From an uncultured Eubacteriales bacterium (lineage in GTDB: Bacteria > Acidobacteriota > Aminicenantia > Aminicenantales > Saccharicenantaceae): a stretch of DNA of 34,260 nt. This document shows, one piece after another, positions 7,173 to 15,537 of this stretch. The stretch lies in assembly GCA_964607985.1 (NCBI GenBank), contig CAZSMW010000058.1:1-34260 (forward strand). The letters run 5' to 3'. Numbering within the stretch: position 1 is the stretch's first letter; each line of letters starts with the position of its first letter. Under the pieces are notes generated by a model. That model saw nothing but the letters and a program-made list of their open reading frames with translations. It did not search any database and was not told where the DNA came from. Made by a program: the position numbers and the translations under genes.

Positions 7173-9017
7173 TCAATCCCCCAGGGACACGGCATAGAGG
7201 AACCAGGCGGCGTGGGGCAGCCACTGCTCCGCCCACCTCCAATCATCGTCCTTGCCGGTCACGGAAAAATGCAGGTTGAGGTCGATGTCCTCTTCGTCCT
7301 TATAGCCCCCGGTGATCCCGTTGACGATTCCGCCCGGAGCGTTCGTGTATTCGTAAGACTCGAAGAAGATGTATTGGGGATTGTTCCTCCCCCTGCCCTG
7401 GAGCATGCAGGCGTCGAACGGGTTCAAGCCCAGGATCCAGTTCAGCTGGTCGCGGCCGAAAGCCTGGAGCTTGTCCCGCAGGTCCTTATCCTCGGGGAAT
7501 AACCTGGAGGCGAGCTTTCCGGCCGCGGCCATCGAGCCCAGCCGGGCGTTCTCCCCCTGCCACCAGGGCGCCGTTTCGGTATCATGCGGGAAGAAGAAGC
7601 TCGTCCGCCGGGCGCCGTTTTTGCTCTGGACGAGCTGGCGGCTGTAGCCGAACGGGTTGGCCACTTCTCCCGTCACCCCCAACTCGAAAGCCATGGACCT
7701 TTTGATGGCGTCCCGGACCTTCTTCTGCATCTCATCGCCGGCGATCCCGGAATAATCGACGAGGCTCACCACGGGCATTCCGGCGTCGGCGGGATGGAAG
7801 AACGGCCGGTCCTTGTCGTCGGCCCGCCAGTAGTCCTTGAACTTCCCGCTCGCCGTCAGCCTGGCCATGAGGTTTCCGGCCCTCTTGTCCGCGGCAGCCT
7901 TGTAGACGGGCTTTTTCGTCGCCCGGAAGAGTTCCGTAGCGGCCAGAAGGGCGCAATAATCGTCGACGATGTTCTCCTTGCCGTCGTTGGCGAAGGAAAG
8001 GTTGTTCTTTTCGAGGTAGGCGAACATGTCTTCGGCCGCTTTAAGATAATCGGCATTGGCGAAATCGCCGGAGACCGTATACGTCGAAGCCATTGCCAGC
8101 GCAGCGATGCACAACCCGGCCCCCTCTCTGGTGCCGGCCTCGTAGGCCGCATCTCCCTTGATCTTCTCCCTTCCGTAATCGCGGACCTTGTCCTTGGTCT
8201 CCGGGGTCAGGATGATATGCCGTTCCGCTTTGGCCGAGATGATACGGTCCTCGGGCTTCTTCTCCGGGCCGCGGCCCGACACGGTGATATACATGGACCC
8301 GGCCGGGTTCTTTGTCCGCACTAGATAATCGGCACCGAACATGGCTTCATCCAGAAGCCTTTTTTTATATTGATTGAAGGTGGGATCGTTCCGCCTGTCG
8401 AGCTCCTGGTAGGTTTTGAAAAGGCTCCAGGCCGCGAGCGAGATCTGCTGGGGATTGAAATACGTCGAGAACGAGAGATGGGACAAGTGCTTTCCGTAAT
8501 CCCCCGTCGCGTCGAACCAGCCGCCGTGCGCGTCGATCGCCCCCTCTTTTCCGTCGAATTTCAACTTCCGGTCCGCTTTGTCCCAAAGGCCGGAGCTCCG
8601 CTGGCCTTTGAAATAGTAAACGACATCGGAAAGCGTGTTCCGTTCCAGGACGTTCTTCTGGATGAGGAACGGGCAGGATCGGAGAGCCCCCTTGGCGGAA
8701 GAGCATTCGATGACATAGGTCCCTTCCTGCAGGACCGGCGTGAAGTCGATCGTCCAGAAGGTCCAATCCTTCCACTTTTGGACCGGGCCGACGGACTTGG
8801 GTACCCCGGAAAACACCTCTTTCCCGGTTTCGAATTCTTTGATCTTAAAGGCGCCGAAAGCGTCGCCCGCTTTGCCCTCAATGACCGCCCGCTTGGGCCC
8901 GGCCGGTTCATAACCGACCTGGTTGATCAGGACCTTGGCCGTCTGGGCGAAGCTTGACGAAACCAGAATAGCGCAAAAGAGCAGCGCCGCGAACGCTCGA
9001 TTCTTTTTCATGATCAT
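7173..9017 (-). CDS. glycoside hydrolase family 9-like enzyme with N-terminal Ig-like (CelD_N-type) domain, exported
   Basis: Signal peptide, INQVGYEPAGPKRAVI (cellulase N-terminal Ig-like pattern), and HGGWFDATGDYGKH (a variant of the GH9 GGWYDAGDH motif). Confidence 0.65.
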   Translation of the reverse strand: MIMKKNRAFAALLFCAILVSSSFAQTAKVLINQVGYEPAGPKRAVIEGKAGDAFGAFKIKEFETGKEVFSGVPKSVGPVQKWKDWTFWTIDFTPVLQEGTYVIECSSAKGALRSCPFLIQKNVLERNTLSDVVYYFKGQRSSGLWDKADRKLKFDGKEGAIDAHGGWFDATGDYGKHLSHLSFSTYFNPQQISLAAWSLFKTYQELDRRNDPTFNQYKKRLLDEAMFGADYLVRTKNPAGSMYITVSGRGPEKKPEDRIISAKAERHIILTPETKDKVRDYGREKIKGDAAYEAGTREGAGLCIAALAMASTYTVSGDFANADYLKAAEDMFAYLEKNNLSFANDGKENIVDDYCALLAATELFRATKKPVYKAAADKRAGNLMARLTASGKFKDYWRADDKDRPFFHPADAGMPVVSLVDYSGIAGDEMQKKVRDAIKRSMAFELGVTGEVANPFGYSRQLVQSKNGARRTSFFFPHDTETAPWWQGENARLGSMAAAGKLASRLFPEDKDLRDKLQAFGRDQLNWILGLNPFDACMLQGRGRNNPQYIFFESYEYTNAPGGIVNGITGGYKDEEDIDLNLHFSVTGKDDDWRWAEQWLPHAAWFLYAVSLGD

Positions 9018-9069
9018 TCTCTCCTTCTCAGGAAAACGCGAATCACTCTTGACACCTGGCCTGGAGCGG

Positions 9070-10410
9070 TTAGCCTTTGAACCGTTTTTTATTCCAATAC
9101 AGGTACGCCGGGACGCCGAGGAGGATGATCAGGAGTCCGGCCATCGACTGTTTGAACTGGTTGATGACCGTGTTCACGGAGATGAAAACCGCGGACAGGA
9201 TGAACAGGACGGGCGTCACCGGGTAGCCCCAGGTCCTGTATGGACGCGGAATGTCGGGCCGTTTGCGCCTCAGGACGACAACAGCCGTGATCGTGAGCCC
9301 CATGAAGATCCACAGGCCGAAGATCACGTAAGTGTAGAGCTGTTCGAAGGTCCCCGTCAGGCTGAGAAAAGCGCTCCAAAGGCCTAGGGCGATGATCGCG
9401 AAATGTGGGGTCAGGTACTTCGGATGGACCTCGGCCAGCTTCCGGAAGAACAGGCCGTCCCTGGCCATGGCGAAATAGACTCGGGGGCTCGTCAGGCAGT
9501 GACCGTTGGCGGCGCCGGAGATTGAAAACAGGATGATAAAGGCGATGATGGAGGCGCCCACGGGCCCGATGGCGTAGTTCATGGCGTCGGCGGCAATCCG
9601 GGCGGAACCGGCGATGGTTCCGGCCGGAAAGGCATAGAGGTAGGCCAAGTTGGCCAGGATGTAGAGGGCGATGACGAGGACGGTGCCGATGAAGATGCCC
9701 AGGGGAAGGTCTCTCGTCGGGTTCCGGAGTTCGCCCGAGCTGAATGACGAACTTTCCCATCCTTTATACGCCCAGAGGGCGGCGACGAGGGCCACGCCGA
9801 ACTTGCCGACCAGTCCCATCGAGAACCGTTCGGGCGCCGGAGAAAAGAAGTTCGCGGCGTTGCCCTTGGCGAAAACGAACACTGTGGCGCATAGGCCGGC
9901 CAGGGCGGCGAACTTGATGGATGTCAAGACGTTCTGGAGCAGGGCGCCATATTTGACGCCCAAGATGTTGACCGCGCACAGGAGGGCGATGAGCGTCACC
10001 GCGGCCGCTTTCGCCTCGAGCGGCGAGAGCTTGACGAAATAGGGCAGGTATTTCGTCGAAAAGCCTACGGCCAGAGTGGCGATCGTTCCCGAATCGATGA
10101 CCAAGAAGAAGGCCCATCCGAAGAGGAAGCCGATGAGCGGCCCGTAAGCCTCCTTGAGATAAACGTACATCCCGCCGGCTTGGGGGAAGGCGGCCCCGAG
10201 CTCAGAAAGCGACAAGGCCCCGAAAAAGGTCAGGAGTCCGCCCACGACCCAAACCGCGAGCATCAAGACGGGCGATTTGAGCCCGGCGGCGATGGAAGCG
10301 GGTACGATGAAGATCCCCGACCCGATCATGGTCCCCATGACGATCCCGATGACGCTCGTGACACCGAGCACCCGCGGGAGGTCGGCCTGCGAAGGTCTTT
10401 GGTGTTCCAT
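9070..10410 (-). CDS. APC-superfamily amino acid permease, LAT/SteT-like
   Basis: Multi-pass membrane protein whose N-terminus LGVTSVIGIVMGTMIGSGIFIVPASIA is typical of APC/LAT transporters. ATG at 10408-10410. An alternative TTG start at 10467 would add 19 aa. Confidence 0.8.
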   Translation of the reverse strand: MEHQRPSQADLPRVLGVTSVIGIVMGTMIGSGIFIVPASIAAGLKSPVLMLAVWVVGGLLTFFGALSLSELGAAFPQAGGMYVYLKEAYGPLIGFLFGWAFFLVIDSGTIATLAVGFSTKYLPYFVKLSPLEAKAAAVTLIALLCAVNILGVKYGALLQNVLTSIKFAALAGLCATVFVFAKGNAANFFSPAPERFSMGLVGKFGVALVAALWAYKGWESSSFSSGELRNPTRDLPLGIFIGTVLVIALYILANLAYLYAFPAGTIAGSARIAADAMNYAIGPVGASIIAFIILFSISGAANGHCLTSPRVYFAMARDGLFFRKLAEVHPKYLTPHFAIIALGLWSAFLSLTGTFEQLYTYVIFGLWIFMGLTITAVVVLRRKRPDIPRPYRTWGYPVTPVLFILSAVFISVNTVINQFKQSMAGLLIILLGVPAYLYWNKKRFKG

Positions 10411-10488
10411 ATCGTTTTCGAAAAGGAGCCAGAGGTCGATTCTAGGCGAGGAAACGGACAAAGTCAATGCGACCGCGCGGGAACGGTC

Positions 10489-11688
10489 CTAGCCGATCAG
10501 GCCGAACTCCTTCCCCACCTTGTGGAACGCCTCAAGGATCCGGTCGATATGTTCTTGTTCATAGGTCGCGATAAGGCTGAGCCTTATGAGCTGCAGGCCC
10601 TGCGGAACGGCGGGCGAGACGACGGCGTTCACGAAGACGCCCTGTTCGAGGAGCCGCCGCCAGAAGCGGAAGGTCATCATGTCGTCCCCGATGATCACAG
10701 GCAGGATGGGGGTCCCCCCCTCCATGAGCTTGAAGCCTTGATTCTTCAGCCCTTCCCGGACCTCGTCGGCGATGCGGTGGAGCCGTTCGATGCGTTCCGG
10801 CTCCCTCCTGATGATCCTCAAGGCGGCGCGGGCGGCGGCCACGCTGGCCGGCGCCATGCTGGCGCTGAAGATGAAGGCCCGGGAATTGTACTTGATATAA
10901 TCGATGACCTGTCGTTCGCCGGCGATGAACCCGCCCAATGAAGCGAAAGACTTGCTGAAGGTCCCCATGGTCAGTTCGACATCGGACCCGTTCTTGAGGC
11001 CGAAGTGGCTGCAGGTGCCCCGGCCGCAATCACCGAGGACACCCATGGCGTGGGCCTCGTCGATCATCACCCTCGCTCCATAAGCCTTGGCCAGATTGAC
11101 GAGCTCGGGAAGGTTGACGATTCGGCCGGACATGCTGAAGACCCCGTCGGTGACGATGAGCTTCGGAGCGTCAGGGGGGACACCCTTCAGAGTGTCTTCC
11201 AGACCGGTCATATCGTTGGTCTTGTACCTGAGGACATGGGCGCCCCGGGCCCTGGCGATCCATCCCCCGGTGACGATGCTGGCATGGTTCTCCTTGTCGG
11301 AGATCAGGTACTCGCCCTTCTGGACGAGGGTGGGGATCACCCCTTGGTTTGTCAGATAGCCCGTGGTGAAGGCCAGGCATGCCTCGACCCCCAGGAAATC
11401 GGCCAGCTCCTTCTCCAGCAACGTGTGGAGAATGGACGTGCCGTTGAGATAACGCGAGCCGGAACAGCTCGACCCGAAGGCTTCGACGGCCCTCACCGAG
11501 GCCTCAATCACCTCGGGATGCTGGGAAAGGCCCAGGTAGTCGTTGCTTCCGGCCATGATGACCTCCCGGCCTTCCATCCGGACGACAGGGCCGTGGTTCT
11601 CCTCGATGGTCTGGAAATAGGGAAAGACCCCCGCGTCGATGACGTCTTTTGCCCTCGAGAACTGCCGGCATTTTTGAAACAGGTCCAT
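10489..11688 (-). CDS. PLP-dependent alpha-oxoamine synthase (serine palmitoyltransferase / KBL / BioF family; SPT-like by motif)
   Basis: GSNDYLGL block, DEAHAMG, and PLP-lysine block GTFSKSFASLGGF. GTFSKS is closer to SPT-type enzymes than to the GTLxKA of BioF/KBL. GGAGG Shine-Dalgarno. Confidence 0.8.
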   Translation of the reverse strand: MDLFQKCRQFSRAKDVIDAGVFPYFQTIEENHGPVVRMEGREVIMAGSNDYLGLSQHPEVIEASVRAVEAFGSSCSGSRYLNGTSILHTLLEKELADFLGVEACLAFTTGYLTNQGVIPTLVQKGEYLISDKENHASIVTGGWIARARGAHVLRYKTNDMTGLEDTLKGVPPDAPKLIVTDGVFSMSGRIVNLPELVNLAKAYGARVMIDEAHAMGVLGDCGRGTCSHFGLKNGSDVELTMGTFSKSFASLGGFIAGERQVIDYIKYNSRAFIFSASMAPASVAAARAALRIIRREPERIERLHRIADEVREGLKNQGFKLMEGGTPILPVIIGDDMMTFRFWRRLLEQGVFVNAVVSPAVPQGLQLIRLSLIATYEQEHIDRILEAFHKVGKEFGLIG

Positions 11689-11709
11689 GACTTTACCTCC
11701 GTGCTGTCA

Positions 11710-12336
11710 TTAGGCTTTGCGCTTGAGGCCGCCGAGGACGATCTCGAAGCCCAGGCCGATGAGCCGGTCGAGGTCCTCCTCCTTGAACTGTCGTGATTCG
11801 ACAAGCTGAATGATCCCGTTGATCATCCCCCACATGACCATGCTGACCTGTGCGTCCGGGCGGCCCCCTTCGAGTTCACCGGACCGCACCCCCTCCCTGA
11901 CGACGTTCTGGAGTTCGAGGAGGCAGGCGATCTTCAGGGTCCGGATCTCTTTCAAAAGCTTGTCCGGGACCCGGTAATGGTCGCTGACCAGGTCGATGAA
12001 GAACAGGAGCTTGAAGTATTCCTTGTGCTCACGGTAGAAACGGACGTAGGCTTTCATGGAGTTCCGGAGCCTCTCAAGCGTGTTCCGGCCGGTCTTGGCC
12101 GCCTCTTTCAAGCAGGAAAGGAGGATGTTCAAGTGCTCGACCAGGATCGACGCGTAAATCTCCTCTTTGCTCCCGAAGTGATTGTAGATCGTTCCCTTGC
12201 TGAACTCGATGACAGACGCGATGTCGTCGAGGGTCACCCCGGCGAAGCCGTCCTTCTGGAAGAGTTCCGTAGCCGTGGCCAGAATGAGCCTCCGCCGCGT
12301 CTCGAACTCCCTTTCCTTTCTCTCCCGCGTGCCCAT
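11710..12336 (-). CDS. TetR/AcrR family transcriptional regulator
   Basis: N-terminal HTH TLDDIASVIEFSKGTIYNHFGSKEEIY. 208 aa. Confidence 0.9.
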   Translation of the reverse strand: MGTRERKEREFETRRRLILATATELFQKDGFAGVTLDDIASVIEFSKGTIYNHFGSKEEIYASILVEHLNILLSCLKEAAKTGRNTLERLRNSMKAYVRFYREHKEYFKLLFFIDLVSDHYRVPDKLLKEIRTLKIACLLELQNVVREGVRSGELEGGRPDAQVSMVMWGMINGIIQLVESRQFKEEDLDRLIGLGFEIVLGGLKRKA

Positions 12337-12353
12337 TTATGACCCTTGGTATT

Positions 12354-12374
12354 ATTTTGACTGTCGGTCAATAT
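12354..12374. promoter_or_regulatory. palindromic candidate TetR operator
   Basis: ATTTTGAC-TGTCG-GTCAATAT has 7/8 complementary 8-bp arms. It lies 18 nt upstream of the tetR start, between the predicted -10 and the start codon. Confidence 0.4.
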
Positions 12375-12377
12375 TAA

Positions 12378-12406
12378 ATGGTAATTCAAAGCCGGACTCT
12401 TGTCAA
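12378..12406 (-). promoter_or_regulatory. candidate sigma-70 promoter of the TetR operon
   Basis: On the minus strand: TTGACA (12401-12406), 17-nt spacer, TACCAT (12378-12383). Confidence 0.3.
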
Positions 12407-12439
12407 GCTTGCCCGGGGCTTGCGAAATATCCTAATTTC

Positions 12440-12540
12440 GGTTCTCTTACGTTTGGTGTGGGTTGGGGGTTGGGCGGTTCGGGAACGGATTTAAAAAGCT
12501 ATTGACCCAGCCCGCACCAAATGGAAGAGACCCCTATTTT
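12440..12540 (+). repeat. hairpin repeat family 1, copy A (MITE/REP-like)
   Basis: The 28-nt arms 12440-12467 and 12506-12533 pair with 2 mismatches and 3 G-U pairs. The 32-nt core GGGCGGTTCGGGAACGGATTTAAAAAGCTATT is identical to 29072-29103. The element is flanked by CTAATTT (12432-12438) and CTATTTT (12534-12540). Confidence 0.7.
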
Positions 12541-12561
12541 CTGACCGCGGCTCCGGTTTCC

Positions 12562-13554
12562 TTATCGGACGCCGTAATTGAAGGGCGTCCTCTCTTCGGT
12601 CCGGTCGGTCGCCGGCGGCGGCTCGGGCGAAAGAGCTGAGACCTCGTCGCGAAGCTTCGGGGTCATGTCGATGTCGAGCGAGGCGACGGAGCTCCGGAGC
12701 TGCTCCACCCCGCGGCCGCCGATGATCGGCGCTGTGACTGCCGGGTGGCTCCCCACCCAAGCTACGGCCAGGCTTACCGGGTCGAATCCGCGCTCCGCGG
12801 CGAACGCCGCAAACCGGCCGACAGCCTCCCGAATCCAGTCGAAGTCATACCGAGTCTGGTATATCTTATTCTCGATGAATCGGCCGGAAACCGGCTTTTC
12901 AGCCCGGCTGTATTTCCCTGTCAGCAGGCCCCCGCCCAGCGGACTGTAGGGTATGACACTCAAGCCTTCGGCCAGGGCCATGGGCAGGATCTCGACCTCA
13001 GCCTGACGTTTGACGAGATTATACAAAGGCTGGAGGCAGGCGAAGGGTGAGAGGCCTTCCTTGGCCGAGATCCCGAGGGCCTTTTCGACCTGCCAGGCCG
13101 CGAAATTGCTCGCCCCGGGATAGAGGATCTTGCCCTGCCGCACCAGGTCGTCCAGGGCCCTCATCGTCTCCTCGAGCGGCGTCATGTCGTCGAAGCGATG
13201 GATGAAGTAGATGTCGATGCGGTCGGTCCCGAGCCGCTTAAGGCTCGCCTCGACGGCGAACCGGATATGGCGGCGCGAGGCGCCCATGGCGTTGACGTCC
13301 TGGGAGGTGGCGAAATAGACCTTGCTGGTGATGATGACCTCCTCACGGCAATCCTTGATGAGTCGGCCGAGGATCTCCTCGGCCCGGCCGGCCTGGTAGA
13401 TGTCGGCGCAGTCGAAGAAGTTGATCCCCTTGTCCCGGCAAAAGCGGAACATGGCGGCCGCAGCAGCCTCGTCCGCCTCCTTGCCGAAGGACATGGTCCC
13501 CAAACAGAGGGAGGAAACCTTGACGCCGGTCTTTCCCAGAAATTTGGTTTTCAT
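12562..13554 (-). CDS. aldo/keto reductase
   Basis: MKTKFLGKTGVKVSSLCLGTMSFG is a typical AKR N-terminus. The ATG at 13552-13554 overlaps the upstream stop (ATGA). The longer ORF to 13689 overlaps the GH3 gene and is unlikely. Confidence 0.85.
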   Translation of the reverse strand: MKTKFLGKTGVKVSSLCLGTMSFGKEADEAAAAAMFRFCRDKGINFFDCADIYQAGRAEEILGRLIKDCREEVIITSKVYFATSQDVNAMGASRRHIRFAVEASLKRLGTDRIDIYFIHRFDDMTPLEETMRALDDLVRQGKILYPGASNFAAWQVEKALGISAKEGLSPFACLQPLYNLVKRQAEVEILPMALAEGLSVIPYSPLGGGLLTGKYSRAEKPVSGRFIENKIYQTRYDFDWIREAVGRFAAFAAERGFDPVSLAVAWVGSHPAVTAPIIGGRGVEQLRSSVASLDIDMTPKLRDEVSALSPEPPPATDRTEERTPFNYGVR

Positions 13555-15302
13555 TTTTTCATCTCCAAACCATGGCCGGCCGGGAAGAGCCCGGGCAGCG
13601 TCACGGGAAGTTTTCCGCGGGTCTCCAACTCGCCGTAGAGGACCCGGGCGGCGATCTCTTGTGTCTGCGGCGTGTTTCGGTAAAGGCATAGATAGCCGTC
13701 GACTTCCGGAAAATGCCTCAGGAAATACGGGGAACCGAAAGAGACGACCGTGACCGGGGCGGGGCCGTCCGCCAGTTTCATCACAAGCGCGACGTGTTTT
13801 GGGTCGAGGTCGACGCTCCCCTTGCGCGACCTGAGGCTTGAGAACAGGGCGAAGACTACGGCGTCCGCTTCCACAGCTCGGGCCGCGGCGTCGTCGAGGG
13901 CTTCCTGCCCCGTATCGCCGTCGGCATAGAACGCCATAAGTTCGGGGTCCCGTTTCTTCATTTCCGAGACGAAGGCCCGTCCCGCGAAATAATCTCCCAG
14001 GTCGCTGCTCAGGGCGAAAACGACCGTCTTCTTGCCCGGGGCCAGAGGCAGCGCCCCGCCTTCGTTCTTGACAAGGGTGACTGCGGCTTCAAAAGCCCGG
14101 TATGCCCGCTCCAGGCTGGGCTTCGAACCGACCGCGCGGGATATGGCATCGACATCGACGAAACGGTTGCGGTTCAGGCCGAGCCTCGCTTTGGCCTCGA
14201 GGATCCTCCGGACCGAGTCATCGATCCTGGCTATCGGGACCATGCCGGTGCGGACGGCCTCAACGACCGTCCGGACGGTCAAGTCCGGGTCGCGCGGCAT
14301 GAGGAGGATATCGACTCCGGCACCCAGGGCCTTGAGCGACATGTCTTCGTCCGAATAGGCGTTCGTCACGCCCCCCATATCCAGGGCGTCCGTAACGATC
14401 AGACCCTTGAAGCCGAACTCCTTGCGCAGGAGCCCGGTCATGATCGCCGGGGAAAGCGTCGCCGGCATGTTCGGCGTCGGGTCGAGGGCGGGGACGGCCA
14501 GGTGGGCGGTCATGATGGCCTGGACGCCGCTTTCGATGGCTATTTTGAACGGATAAAGCTCGACCTTGTCCAGCCGCGCCCTGTCACCTGTGACTGTCGG
14601 AAGGAGCAGGTGCGAATCCTGGGCCGTGTCCCCGTGCCCGGGGAAATGCTTGGCCGTGGTGATCATACCGTTCTCCTGACTGCCGCGGATGAAGGCGCGC
14701 GTCAGACGACCGACGGACCCGGGGTCTTCACCGAACGAACGCGTGTTGATGATGGGATTGTCCGGGTTGATGTTGACATCCACGACCGGGGCGTAGTTCA
14801 TGTGGATCCCGACCGCCCGCCCCTCGATCGCCGTGATCCTGCCCATATCATAGGCAATTTCCTCGGAGCCGGCTGCACCGATGGCCATGAGCGGCGGAAA
14901 GAGCGTCGCGCCCGTGATCTTGGTCCCGGCGGCGCTTTCGAGGTCCGCGGCGACGAGGAGCGGCACCTTGGAGGCGCCCTGCAGGCGGTTCAAAAGATAC
15001 GCCGCTTCATAAGGCTCGCCCGCGGCGAGGATGAGCCCTCCGATCTTCCGGTCCCTGACCAGCGATTCGAGTTCCCCGAGGGAATCGCTATCGAGGTTGA
15101 CGAAAGTGCCCGGGTACCGGACGGTCACTATCTGCCCGGCCTTTTCCTCGAGCGTCATCTTTTTCAGGGTCTTAGCAACCCAGCCCGGGTCTCCTGCGCT
15201 CAGACCCGGCAGGACCCTCGGCGGCGCCGTCCGGGCACAGCTCATTCCAAGAACGGCCATGGAAAACGCGGCGACCGCGATTGTCCCGTTCCGTCTCTTC
15301 AT
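13551..15302 (-). CDS. glycoside hydrolase family 3 (beta-hexosaminidase / beta-glucosidase type), exported
   Basis: KHFPGHGDTAQDSH motif, two-domain length (583 aa), N-terminal signal-like segment. AAGGAG Shine-Dalgarno. Confidence 0.85.
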   Translation of the reverse strand: MKRRNGTIAVAAFSMAVLGMSCARTAPPRVLPGLSAGDPGWVAKTLKKMTLEEKAGQIVTVRYPGTFVNLDSDSLGELESLVRDRKIGGLILAAGEPYEAAYLLNRLQGASKVPLLVAADLESAAGTKITGATLFPPLMAIGAAGSEEIAYDMGRITAIEGRAVGIHMNYAPVVDVNINPDNPIINTRSFGEDPGSVGRLTRAFIRGSQENGMITTAKHFPGHGDTAQDSHLLLPTVTGDRARLDKVELYPFKIAIESGVQAIMTAHLAVPALDPTPNMPATLSPAIMTGLLRKEFGFKGLIVTDALDMGGVTNAYSDEDMSLKALGAGVDILLMPRDPDLTVRTVVEAVRTGMVPIARIDDSVRRILEAKARLGLNRNRFVDVDAISRAVGSKPSLERAYRAFEAAVTLVKNEGGALPLAPGKKTVVFALSSDLGDYFAGRAFVSEMKKRDPELMAFYADGDTGQEALDDAAARAVEADAVVFALFSSLRSRKGSVDLDPKHVALVMKLADGPAPVTVVSFGSPYFLRHFPEVDGYLCLYRNTPQTQEIAARVLYGELETRGKLPVTLPGLFPAGHGLEMKK

Positions 15303-15370
15303 AATTTTCGCTCCTTATAGTCCAGCCTATCTAATATAAACGGAATAATTCATGCTACATCCCACTTTGA

Positions 15371-15493
15371 GCGGCACTGAATGCCGCCCTCGAGCCCCCG
15401 TAGCGGAGGGGGGGGCCCGTCGGCTTATCCGACGGGGGGAACCGACGGGACTGGTTCCCCGGGGTCCGGGGGCAGAGGGCGGCTTCTGGCCGC
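15371..15493 (-). other. cluster of four GC-rich hairpins plus a G8/C8 tract in the permease-GH3 intergenic region
   Basis: Perfect stems at 15371-15387 (6 bp), 15416-15436 (8 bp), 15436-15460 (8 bp) and 15479-15493 (5 bp). G8 run at 15408-15415. None is followed by a U-run on the minus strand. Confidence 0.4.
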
Positions 15494-15537
15494 ACTCACA
15501 TTATAACTTTATTTATTGCGTTCACATTAGCTCTTTT

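Noticed and set aside
15408-15415. G8 homopolymer as a phase-variation switch
   Set aside because: It is not inside a coding region and not between a -35 and -10 box. It lies inside a GC-rich structured spacer, so slipped-strand switching has no obvious target. It is noted only as part of the structured segment.
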